Below are positions 39,666 through 47,899 of a stretch of DNA of 64,000 nt, one piece after another. Under the pieces are notes generated by a model. The model worked only from the letters and a program-made list of their open reading frames with translations. It was not told the origin of the DNA and did no database searches. The translations under genes were made by a program, and so were the position numbers. The DNA is from Chitinophagaceae bacterium. Its GTDB lineage: Bacteria; Bacteroidota; Bacteroidia; Chitinophagales; Chitinophagaceae. Location of the stretch: NCBI GenBank assembly GCA_044350285.1, contig JBILHX010000001.1, forward strand, positions 2,646 to 66,645, given 5' to 3'. Every line of letters begins with the position of its first letter. Position 1 is the first letter of the stretch.

Positions 39666-40310
39666 TTAATTTTCAATCACCGGGTAAAGGATTTCTCCCC
39701 AATCTTCTTGAGGGTTGTTCATCATGATGTCTATGATGATAGGAATGAGCCACCCAACAATATTGCTTCCATCAGTTAGTTGGCTCCTGTTTTTTGAACT
39801 GTTGTAAGTTGCCCCTCCATGCATTAACTGGTTTCGAAGGACATATAACCTATCGAGCACAATTTCAAGCAGTGCCGGTACATATTGAGCAGCAAGTGCG
39901 CTGTTTGCATCGGCGATGGATCTTCTGAATGACATCTCCCATTCATTTGCTTCACCACGGTGATAATCCCAAAAGGTTTTATAGACAAACTGATTCTCTA
40001 TAAGAAGCCTAACAGGACCTGAAAACTTATCCCACAACAGGTTAAACACCCTTTTTTCAGCATCATGTGAAATCAGTGTCGTAATAAAATGCCTGAATTT
40101 TTCTCTTTCTGTTTTTTGATTTTCTGTGGTGAGATCCATCGCATAACAAGCATTGAATGCAATCCATTGTGCAAGGAAACATAGGTCTATATTATCTTTA
40201 TTTTCTTCTGCACACTTCAACCAGCTTATCGCCCGATGCAGTCTGATATTAAGCGGTTGGGGAAGGTTCGTTTTTGATTTAAGCTTTCTTTTTAGTGTTG
40301 ATGCAGACAT
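39666..40310 (-). CDS. Standalone HEPN-domain protein (predicted RNase)
   Basis: Helical protein with RLHRAISWL, WIAFNACY and an Rx4H motif in LYVL-RNQLMH-GG. Confidence 0.8.
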   Translation of the reverse strand: MSASTLKRKLKSKTNLPQPLNIRLHRAISWLKCAEENKDNIDLCFLAQWIAFNACYAMDLTTENQKTEREKFRHFITTLISHDAEKRVFNLLWDKFSGPVRLLIENQFVYKTFWDYHRGEANEWEMSFRRSIADANSALAAQYVPALLEIVLDRLYVLRNQLMHGGATYNSSKNRSQLTDGSNIVGWLIPIIIDIMMNNPQEDWGEILYPVIEN

Positions 40311-40414
40311 GGTGTTTGGTTTTGGTTAAGGTAACAAAAAAAGCAATAAATTAGGATGAAAATTCCTTGTTTGAATTCATTTTTAAAAAATTAACGGCAG
40401 CGAACCTGCTCCTT

Positions 40415-40454
40415 AAAAAAAGATGCTCCAGAGAAATAAATCCCCTGAAGCATC
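40415..40454 (-). terminator. Intrinsic terminator of the SSS transporter gene
   Basis: Minus strand GATGCTTCAGGGGA-TTTAT-TTCTCTGGAGCATC followed by T7 (G-U pairs allowed). Confidence 0.75.
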
Positions 40455-40487
40455 ATCAAATAGCAAAAAAAAATATTCAATAAAGTC

Positions 40488-42215
40488 TTACCAAAACTTC
40501 ACATACAATGCCGCCAATATCATCAATGCTGCAACAATCATGATAACCGTACGTGGTTCCAACTTAAACATTCCCTTCTCAAAAATAAACGCCTTTTCGT
40601 TGATTTTAGGTCCTGCCAAACTCACAACACCCATGACGGCAACTGTAAAAATGAATGACCATCCCATGTTGATGAGGAATGGAATTTCAGTGAGTGTTTT
40701 TACAACGCCATTTTCCATTTTTTGGTATTCAAACGCCGTGTATAAAAGGGTTTCTTTTCCGAATACAGACACTGCATAGCTGTTGAAAAACACCGACAAT
40801 AAAAATCCGGTAAGGATGCCCACCAAGGCTGCTGCTCCCGTAGTGCGTTTCCAAAACATCCCTAGCAGGAAGATGGCGAAAACACCTGGACTGATAAACC
40901 CTGTGTATTTTTGGATGAAGGTGAATCCACCTTCTCCTCCTATCCCCAACGTATCGCTCCATGTAAAAATCACCGCTACAATCATCGACGCAACAATGGC
41001 CAACCTTCCTGTCCAAATCAACTTCTTTTCATCGGCTTCCTTGTCAATGTATTTTTTGAAGATATCCAACGTAAAGATGGTCGAAATGCTGTTTGCCTTT
41101 CCTGCCAATGATGCCACGATGGCTGCTGTCAATGCCGCTAATGACAATCCTTTTAACCCACTTGGCAAAAATCCGAGGATTGCAGAATAGGCACCATCTT
41201 TATTGCCTGCTCCCATTTCTGGAAGATGTCCGTTTTTATACAATACATAGGCTGCAATGCCGGGCAACATTACAATCACCGGCATCAATATTTTTAGAAA
41301 TGCGGCAAATAAAATTCCCGTTCTGGCTGTCTTAAGATCCGCGCCTAATGCACGTTGTGTGATGTACTGGTTGCATCCCCAATAATTCAACCCCAATATC
41401 CATTGTCCTGCGAGGTACATCATGATACCAGGTAAAATCACATATTTCTGGATTTCCAGGTTTTCTGGTTGATCTATCGTTGTTGTTGTTAACGTTGGTT
41501 TTGCTTGTATCATGTGAAAATGCTCTGGCGCTTGTTTCATCAAGTCTAAAAATCCAGCCAAGGCAGTTCCTCCTGTTCCAAATTTATCGCTTACGATGGT
41601 GAGCGCTAGGTATGTAGTCGCGAGTCCTCCTATAATCAATACCGCTACTTGTATCACATCGGTATATCCAATCACTTTCATTCCTCCCAATGTGATGATT
41701 AATGCAAACAGCATCAACACAATCATGATCAAATGAAGGTATTGTCCACCCAATAATCCGTTGATGGCTACAGAACCCAGGTACAATATTGAAGTAAGGT
41801 TTACGAAGATGTACAAGAACAACCAAAAGACGGTCATGATCAGCGCAACAGTTTCGTTGTATCGCATCTTCAAAAACTGCGGCATTGTGAAGATCTTGTT
41901 TTTCAAGTAAATTGGCATAAACCAAACAGCGATGATAATCAGTACAATGGCGGCGAACCACTCATAAACACTGACTGCAATGCCTACGAAGTAGCCGTCA
42001 CCACTCATTCCGATGAACTGTTCTGCTGAAATGTTTGAGGCAATCAGCGATGCACCAATGGCCCACCATGCCAATGAGCCTTCTGCTAAAAAGAAATCCT
42101 TTGTGTCGGCAGTTAATTTCTTTTTTTTGCTATAAATCCAATAGCCATATCCTCCTACTATTGCTATGTAAACTAAAAAAACGATTAAGTCTGATGTTGA
42201 AAGTCCGTTACTCAT
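40488..42215 (-). CDS. Sodium/sugar symporter (SSS/SGLT family)
   Basis: FFLAE.SL.WWAIGASLIASNISAEQFIG, TMPQFL..RY, YWGCNQYITQRAL. Confidence 0.92.
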   Translation of the reverse strand: MSNGLSTSDLIVFLVYIAIVGGYGYWIYSKKKKLTADTKDFFLAEGSLAWWAIGASLIASNISAEQFIGMSGDGYFVGIAVSVYEWFAAIVLIIIAVWFMPIYLKNKIFTMPQFLKMRYNETVALIMTVFWLFLYIFVNLTSILYLGSVAINGLLGGQYLHLIMIVLMLFALIITLGGMKVIGYTDVIQVAVLIIGGLATTYLALTIVSDKFGTGGTALAGFLDLMKQAPEHFHMIQAKPTLTTTTIDQPENLEIQKYVILPGIMMYLAGQWILGLNYWGCNQYITQRALGADLKTARTGILFAAFLKILMPVIVMLPGIAAYVLYKNGHLPEMGAGNKDGAYSAILGFLPSGLKGLSLAALTAAIVASLAGKANSISTIFTLDIFKKYIDKEADEKKLIWTGRLAIVASMIVAVIFTWSDTLGIGGEGGFTFIQKYTGFISPGVFAIFLLGMFWKRTTGAAALVGILTGFLLSVFFNSYAVSVFGKETLLYTAFEYQKMENGVVKTLTEIPFLINMGWSFIFTVAVMGVVSLAGPKINEKAFIFEKGMFKLEPRTVIMIVAALMILAALYVKFW

Positions 42216-42392
42216 TGATGGCTTGTTTTGGTTTGCTTAAAATTGATTTGCCGCTTGTTTTTGACTAAGCATCATTAAAAACAAAAAGGCATTTGTTGAA
42301 GATAAAAATTATTGTTTTATGAGCAACTCTTTTTGTTTTATTTTTATGGCCTTTCAAGGAGTATTTTTTTAACAATAAACCCCGTAAATACA

Positions 42393-44036
42393 ATGAAAAA
42401 TATAGTTTTGAAGGTACATGAGAAGGACAATGTGATTGTTGCCTTGACAGACCTTAAAGCTGGTAGTACCATTTCATTTGAAGGTCAGGAATACCTGCTC
42501 GTGGATGATATCGCCGCCAAGCACAAGTTTTACATGGAAGATATGCCTGCTGGTGGTGAAATTACCATGTACGGTGTGCTTGTTGGAAAGGTTCAGTGTG
42601 ATGTAAAACGTGGTCAATTGATGACAACGGCTAATTTGAAACATGCTGCAGATCCTTATGCTTATCGTGGTTCAAATTTTGAATGGACTGCACCTGATGT
42701 TTCCGAATACAAAAACAGAACATTCAACGGCTATGTAAGGGAAGATGGGAGAGTGGGAACAGCAAACTATTGGCTGTTCGTACCTACCGTATTTTGTGAA
42801 AACAGAAACCTTGATGTTATCAGGGAAGCCATGCACAATGAGTTGGGGTATGCGGTAACAGACAAGTACAAGACGTTTACGAGGATGTTGCGGGAGGGCT
42901 ATGAGTCTAAAAATGATACCAAAATAGAGGACCTTGTAGCAACAAGCAAGGAGTCTTCAAATAAGCGTGTTTTCAAAAATGTGGATGGTATCAAATTCCT
43001 AAACCACCAAGGTGGTTGTGGCGGCACGCGACAAGATTCTGCCGTGTTGGAAAATCTATTGGTAGCCTATGCAGATCATCCCAATGTTGGTGGTATCACC
43101 TTGATGAGCCTAGGTTGCCAGCATCTTCAGGTTGACAGTTTCATGGAGTCCTTAAAAAAAAGAAATCCATCTTTCAACAAGCCTGTTTGTGTTTTTGAAC
43201 AACAGGGTTCCAAGAGTGAAGAGGATCTGATCAAAGAAGCTATTGCCGCCACTTTCAAAGGATTGATTGAAATAAATAAACAGGAGAGAAGTCCAGCTTC
43301 TTTAGACCACCTCACTGTTGGTGTTAAATGTGGCGGAAGTGATGGATTTAGCGGCATTTCAGCAAACCCTGCTGTTGGATATTTTTCTGATTTGCTTGTC
43401 GGGTTGGGAGGTAAAATTCTGTTGGCAGAGTTCCCTGAACTTTGTGGTGCGGAGCAGGAGTTGATTGATAGGAGCACCTCGAAAGAAACGGCAGAAAAGT
43501 TTATCCATTTGATGACGGCCTACAGTGATGAGGCTATCAAAGCCGGATCGGGGTTTCACATGAATCCTTCCCCCGGTAACATAAAAGATGGTTTGATTAC
43601 TGATGCCATTAAAAGTGCAGGTGCTTGTAAAAAAGGAGGATCTTCTCCTGTTGTAGACGTCCTGGATTACACCGAGCCTGCCACAAAAGCCGGATTAAGC
43701 CTTGTTTGTACGCCTGGCAATGATGTGGAAGCCACAACAGGTAAAGCTGCATCAGGGGCCACCTTGATTTTGTTTACAACCGGATTAGGAACTCCCACAG
43801 GAAACCCTGTTTGTCCCACCATCAAAGTTGCTACCAACAGCATCCTTGCAAAACGCATGAAAGACATAATCGACATCGATTGTGGTCCAATTATCGAAGG
43901 AGAAAAAACCATCAAGGAAATGGGTGAGGAGATTCTTGAATATTGTATCAAAGCCGCAAGCGGTGAAGTTATACCCAAAGCTGTTCAACTCAACCAGGAT
44001 GATTTTATTCCCTGGAAGAGGGGAGTGTCTTTATAA
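42393..44036 (+). CDS. uxaA: Altronate dehydratase (UxaA family)
   Basis: N-terminal SAF domain (DNVIVAL, KHKF), GGCG, SLGCQ, KCGGSDGFSGISANP, NPSPGN..GL, FTTGLGTP. Confidence 0.88.
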   Translation: MKNIVLKVHEKDNVIVALTDLKAGSTISFEGQEYLLVDDIAAKHKFYMEDMPAGGEITMYGVLVGKVQCDVKRGQLMTTANLKHAADPYAYRGSNFEWTAPDVSEYKNRTFNGYVREDGRVGTANYWLFVPTVFCENRNLDVIREAMHNELGYAVTDKYKTFTRMLREGYESKNDTKIEDLVATSKESSNKRVFKNVDGIKFLNHQGGCGGTRQDSAVLENLLVAYADHPNVGGITLMSLGCQHLQVDSFMESLKKRNPSFNKPVCVFEQQGSKSEEDLIKEAIAATFKGLIEINKQERSPASLDHLTVGVKCGGSDGFSGISANPAVGYFSDLLVGLGGKILLAEFPELCGAEQELIDRSTSKETAEKFIHLMTAYSDEAIKAGSGFHMNPSPGNIKDGLITDAIKSAGACKKGGSSPVVDVLDYTEPATKAGLSLVCTPGNDVEATTGKAASGATLILFTTGLGTPTGNPVCPTIKVATNSILAKRMKDIIDIDCGPIIEGEKTIKEMGEEILEYCIKAASGEVIPKAVQLNQDDFIPWKRGVSL

Positions 44037-44040
44037 TACA

Positions 44041-44166
44041 GGGTTGAAATAGTTGAAGTGGTTTAAGAGGTTAAGAAATGACACCTCAACCCTTAAACTC
44101 CTTCAACTAACCTCAACCCCTTCAACTTTTCAACTAACCTCAACCTCTTCAACTAACTTCAACTAA
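44041..44166. repeat. Nonamer tandem-repeat inverted array between uxaA and kduD
   Basis: (RGTTGAAnn)-like units followed by about nine (YTTCAACYn)-like units. Confidence 0.7.
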
Positions 44167-44168
44167 AT

Positions 44169-44939
44169 ATGAATATTTTACAACAATTCGACCTAACAGG
44201 AAAAACCGCTCTCGTTACCGGCTGTAACAGAGGGATTGGTATGGGAATGGCAATTGGCCTTGCTGAGGCAGGAGCGGATATTATTGGTGTAAGCGCTTCA
44301 TTGAAGTCATCAGGCAGTGATGTAGAGCAAGCGGTTACCTCTTTGGGCAGAAATTTTACAGCCTACCAAGCTGATTTCTCCAGCCGCGAAAGCATTTACG
44401 TATTTTTAAATAAGCTCCAAGAAGATGGTCGTGTTGTTGACATCCTGGTAAACAACGCTGGCACAATCATGCGCAATCCGGCTGCTGAACACAGCGACGA
44501 ATATTGGGATCGTGTCATCAACATCAACCTTGATGCCCAGTTTATTATTTCTCGTGAAATCGGTAAAAAGATGATTGAACAGGGACAAGGGAAAATCATA
44601 TTCACATGTTCTTTGCTTACTTTCCAAGGTGGCATCAATGTGCCCGGCTACGCAGCCAGTAAAGGTGCATTGGGTAGTCTTGTGAAAGCACTTGCCAACG
44701 AATGGGCTTCAAAAGGCATCAATGTAAATGGTATTGCACCAGGTTATATTGCTACAGACAATACTGAAGCACTTCGTAATGATCCTGAGAGAAGCAAGTC
44801 GATTCTAGACCGCATTCCTGCCAAGCGTTGGGGAGATCCTGAAGATTTTAAAGGTGCTGTGGTGTACTTAGCTTCTGCCGCAAGCAGCTACGTTAATGGT
44901 GAAATTTTGACGGTTGACGGCGGATGGATGGGGAGGTAA
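44169..44939 (+). CDS. kduD: 2-dehydro-3-deoxy-D-gluconate 5-dehydrogenase (SDR)
   Basis: TGCNRGIG, NNAG, SLLTFQGGI.VPGYAASK, APGYIATDNT, VDGGWMGR. Confidence 0.88.
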   Translation: MNILQQFDLTGKTALVTGCNRGIGMGMAIGLAEAGADIIGVSASLKSSGSDVEQAVTSLGRNFTAYQADFSSRESIYVFLNKLQEDGRVVDILVNNAGTIMRNPAAEHSDEYWDRVININLDAQFIISREIGKKMIEQGQGKIIFTCSLLTFQGGINVPGYAASKGALGSLVKALANEWASKGINVNGIAPGYIATDNTEALRNDPERSKSILDRIPAKRWGDPEDFKGAVVYLASAASSYVNGEILTVDGGWMGR

Positions 44940-45013
44940 AGTTTAAAGTTTTTGGTTTAAAGTTTGATTAGGGCATGTTCCCAAATTAAACTTTAAACCA
45001 AAAACTTTAAACT
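44940..45013. repeat. 26-bp perfect inverted repeat built of heptamers, between convergent kduD and fbaA
   Basis: AGTTTAAAGTTTTTGGTTTAAAGTTT (44940-44965) and AAACTTTAAACCAAAAACTTTAAACT (44988-45013). Confidence 0.85.
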
Positions 45014-45021
45014 AAAAACTA

Positions 45022-46089
45022 TCAGGCATTTCGATTGATGCAATTCAAGTCTTCAAACGCTACTTTCAACCTAGACATAAAGGTTTCTTCACCTTTTCTA
45101 AGCCAAACCCTAGGATCGTAATGCTTCTTGTTTGGTTTGTCAGCTCCTTCTGGATTGCCCAGTTGAGATTGAAGATAGGCTTCGTTCTTTTTATAATTGT
45201 TCAACACGCCTTCCCAGAATGCCCATTGAAGATCGGTATCAATATTCATTTTGATTGCACCATATCCAATGGCTTCTCTTATCTGATGCTGCGGAGATCC
45301 GCTTCCACCATGGAATACAAAGAATACAGGCTTTTCACCAGTGTTGAATGTTTTTTGGATATAGTCTTGAGAATTCTTAAGAATTTCAGGACGAAGTTGT
45401 ACGTTGCCTGGACTATAAACGCCATGTACGTTGCCAAAAGCGGCTGCTACAGTGAATAATTCACCTACTTTACCAAGTTCAGTATAGGCATGTGCAACAT
45501 GCTGTGGTTGAGTGTAAAGCTTGTCGTTTTCAACATCAGAATTGTCAACGCCATCTTCTTCTCCACCGGTAACTCCGAGTTCAATTTCAATACCCATGCC
45601 AAGTGGAGCCATGCGCTTGAAAAATTCAACTGAAGTTGAAATGTTTTCTTCTAAAGGCTCTTCACTCAAGTCTAACATGTGAGAACTGAACAAAGGTTGT
45701 CCTTTTTCTATTTTATATTGTTCACCTGCATCAATCAAGGCGCTGATCCAAGGAAGCCACTTTTTTGAAGCATGGTCTGTATGCAAAACAACAGGAACTC
45801 CATAATACTTTGCAACATTGTGAATATGCAAAGCACCTGAAATGGCACCTGAGATGTTGGCCTGCAGTTTGTCGTTAGGCATTCCTTTTCCTGCTATGAA
45901 TTGTGCCCCACCATTTGAAAACTGGACAATAACAGGAGAATTGACTGCTGCGGCTGCTTCCAGGGTAGCATTGATGGTATCTGTTCCAGTGGTGTTAACC
46001 GCCGGCATTGCGAAATGATTGTCTTTTGCGTCTTGATAAAGCGCTTTTAGCTCATCGCCAAAAAGAACGCCTGCTCTGTATTTACTCAT
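45022..46089 (-). CDS. fbaA: Fructose-bisphosphate aldolase class II
   Basis: HTDH, FSSHMLDLS, EIELGVTGGEEDG, FGNVHGVY, FHGGSG, KMNIDTD, YDPRVWLR. Confidence 0.97.
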   Translation of the reverse strand: MSKYRAGVLFGDELKALYQDAKDNHFAMPAVNTTGTDTINATLEAAAAVNSPVIVQFSNGGAQFIAGKGMPNDKLQANISGAISGALHIHNVAKYYGVPVVLHTDHASKKWLPWISALIDAGEQYKIEKGQPLFSSHMLDLSEEPLEENISTSVEFFKRMAPLGMGIEIELGVTGGEEDGVDNSDVENDKLYTQPQHVAHAYTELGKVGELFTVAAAFGNVHGVYSPGNVQLRPEILKNSQDYIQKTFNTGEKPVFFVFHGGSGSPQHQIREAIGYGAIKMNIDTDLQWAFWEGVLNNYKKNEAYLQSQLGNPEGADKPNKKHYDPRVWLRKGEETFMSRLKVAFEDLNCINRNA

Positions 46090-46116
46090 TTTTTGTTATT
46101 TAGAGGGTGCAAATAT

Positions 46117-46203
46117 CGTTGTTTTAGTTTAAAGATTAAGGTTTAATGTTTAAAGGATGATGTGAATCTTACACAATAAACCTTAAACAAAAAACTTTAA
46201 ACT
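46117..46203. repeat. Imperfect heptamer inverted repeat
   Basis: GTTTAAA/GATTAAG/GTTTAAT/GTTTAAA units opposed by TAAACCT/TAAACAA/AAAACTT/TAAACT. Confidence 0.6.
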
Positions 46204-47343
46204 CTAATGAAAGAGTTCTTCCAACTTCTTATTCAACGCCTCACCCCTCAGGTTCTTTCCGATGATTTTTCCTTGAGGATCAAGCAAGAAGTTCTGTGGG
46301 ATTGCCTGTATGCCATACATCACAGAAACGGCATTCTTCCAATATTGAAGGTCTGAAACCTGCGTCCAGGTTAATTTATCGTCGTGTATTGCCTTCAACC
46401 ATTTTTCTTTTCCAGTTGGTTGATCCAATGAAACTCCCAATACATCAAAACCTTTGTTGTTGTATTTGTTGAATGCCAACACCACATTTGGATTTTCTTG
46501 GCGACATGGTCCACACCAGCTGGCCCAGAAATCAATCAATAAATATTTGCCGCGAAAAGATGACAATGAAACCGGGTTTCCCAACGTATCATTTTGTGTG
46601 AATTCCATCGCCATTTTTCCTACACCTGTTTTCTTGGCAATCTCAATTTTTTCTGTCATTTCCTTGCCACCAGCTGAATTACGGATGCTTTCTGAAAGCG
46701 CTAGAAAAATAGGTTCAGCATCATCAGCATTGATGTCATATCCTGCATATTGCTTGAATGCATAAATTCCAATCGGAGAACTTGTATTTACCTTAAGATA
46801 TTCTTTGTACTTCACTTTCATCTCTGCATCTACTTTTTCAAATTCATCATCAACCCGCTTCATCCCTGCTTCATCCTTCTTTTTGTAAAGCTCACTGTAT
46901 TCCTTGTTCAACAATTCCATTTTGGCGGTAACGTCTTTGGTTACATCCTTCAGTTTCAAGTATTCGGCATGTGCTTTAGAACCTTTGATAGTAACGTTAG
47001 AGAATGAATCTACATTATTGATGTTGATTTTTGAGTTCTCTATGAAGATACCAGCCACATCTCTTTTGTACGAAATCATCCTTTTGGTTTTCGAAGAGGT
47101 ATCTGAGGCATAACTTGCCCTCAAATTCCCCATCACTGGGTCGCTTACCATTCCCTTGAATTCATATTTCCCATTAATTACTTTTGAACTGTCTTGCGTT
47201 GATTTGCCATCAGCATAATATGACAAATATACCTTGTCAATTGGCTCTTTAATTTTGCTCACATCGCCTTTAATAAGGTATTGTTGTTGTGCCTGTACAC
47301 CTGTTGTGGTCAGGACAAATAATGCAAAAAGAATTCTTTTCAT
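46204..47343 (-). CDS. TlpA-like thiol-disulfide oxidoreductase (DUF4369 + AhpC/TSA)
   Basis: Signal peptide from ATG 47343; DFWASWCGPCR, IPQNFLLDP.GKII. Confidence 0.9.
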   Translation of the reverse strand: MKRILFALFVLTTTGVQAQQQYLIKGDVSKIKEPIDKVYLSYYADGKSTQDSSKVINGKYEFKGMVSDPVMGNLRASYASDTSSKTKRMISYKRDVAGIFIENSKININNVDSFSNVTIKGSKAHAEYLKLKDVTKDVTAKMELLNKEYSELYKKKDEAGMKRVDDEFEKVDAEMKVKYKEYLKVNTSSPIGIYAFKQYAGYDINADDAEPIFLALSESIRNSAGGKEMTEKIEIAKKTGVGKMAMEFTQNDTLGNPVSLSSFRGKYLLIDFWASWCGPCRQENPNVVLAFNKYNNKGFDVLGVSLDQPTGKEKWLKAIHDDKLTWTQVSDLQYWKNAVSVMYGIQAIPQNFLLDPQGKIIGKNLRGEALNKKLEELFH

Positions 47344-47395
47344 GATTTGGGGTTGTTTGTTTTTGATTGCTTCTAAGTTAACTTTTTTATTTTTA

Positions 47396-47845
47396 TTACC
47401 AATTGTGCTCTTGTCCTGGTACCACCCGCTCAGGTTCTTCAAGCGGATTTTCTTTCCAGTTTTTGTCATAAGACACAAACCATGACAGCCACATCGTTCT
47501 GGACAGCCTCATAAACAATGGCTGCATAGCAAGCATGGCCACAGCATTCGTGCCCATCCACCAAAAGAACCTGTTGTCGTCTAATGAAAGTCCAATGATA
47601 ACCCACCATGCTACCAATGTTGCTACACTAAAGCCAACTGATAGTGCATAACTTACATATCCAGTTCCATAATAGAAGCCAACCTCAATTTCTGTGGGTT
47701 GTCTGCAAACTGGACAAACCTCGTTCATCTTTACAATTTTACCATATTTGTAGGCACTGGATGTTTCATAAATATTGCCTTCTCTGCACCTTGGACATTT
47801 ATTCTTCAACACACTAACCAGATACGTCTTGTTTAAGTTTCCCAT
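47396..47845 (-). CDS. DUF983 family membrane protein
   Basis: CPRCREG, CPVC, E.GFYYG..YVSY, RLSR..W. Confidence 0.85.
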   Translation of the reverse strand: MGNLNKTYLVSVLKNKCPRCREGNIYETSSAYKYGKIVKMNEVCPVCRQPTEIEVGFYYGTGYVSYALSVGFSVATLVAWWVIIGLSLDDNRFFWWMGTNAVAMLAMQPLFMRLSRTMWLSWFVSYDKNWKENPLEEPERVVPGQEHNW

Positions 47846-47899
47846 ATTTTTGATTGCAATTTAGTAAGTACATTTTTTTTATTTGTGACATTCGTCGCA

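Larger units (their letters stand above)
25505..40410. mobile_element. Putative tRNA-Ser-anchored accessory/defence island (no integrase or att repeat seen)
   Basis: Starts at the tRNA 3' end; contains WYL, vWA, DUF4011-type helicase, SPFH/NfeD, M23, SbcCD and HEPN genes; flanked by housekeeping genes; right boundary approximate. Confidence 0.5.

Noticed and set aside
25480-40480. attL/attR direct repeat or integrase for the island
   Set aside because: No second copy of the tRNA 3' end and no tyrosine or serine recombinase seen by eye, so mobility is unproven
44041-45013. Possible CRISPR array
   Set aside because: Units are 7-10 nt and tandem, with no unique spacers and no cas genes
47344-47478. 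N-terminal extension of TlpA overlapping DUF983
   Set aside because: The signal peptide begins at ATG 47343; the extension is an ORF-calling artefact
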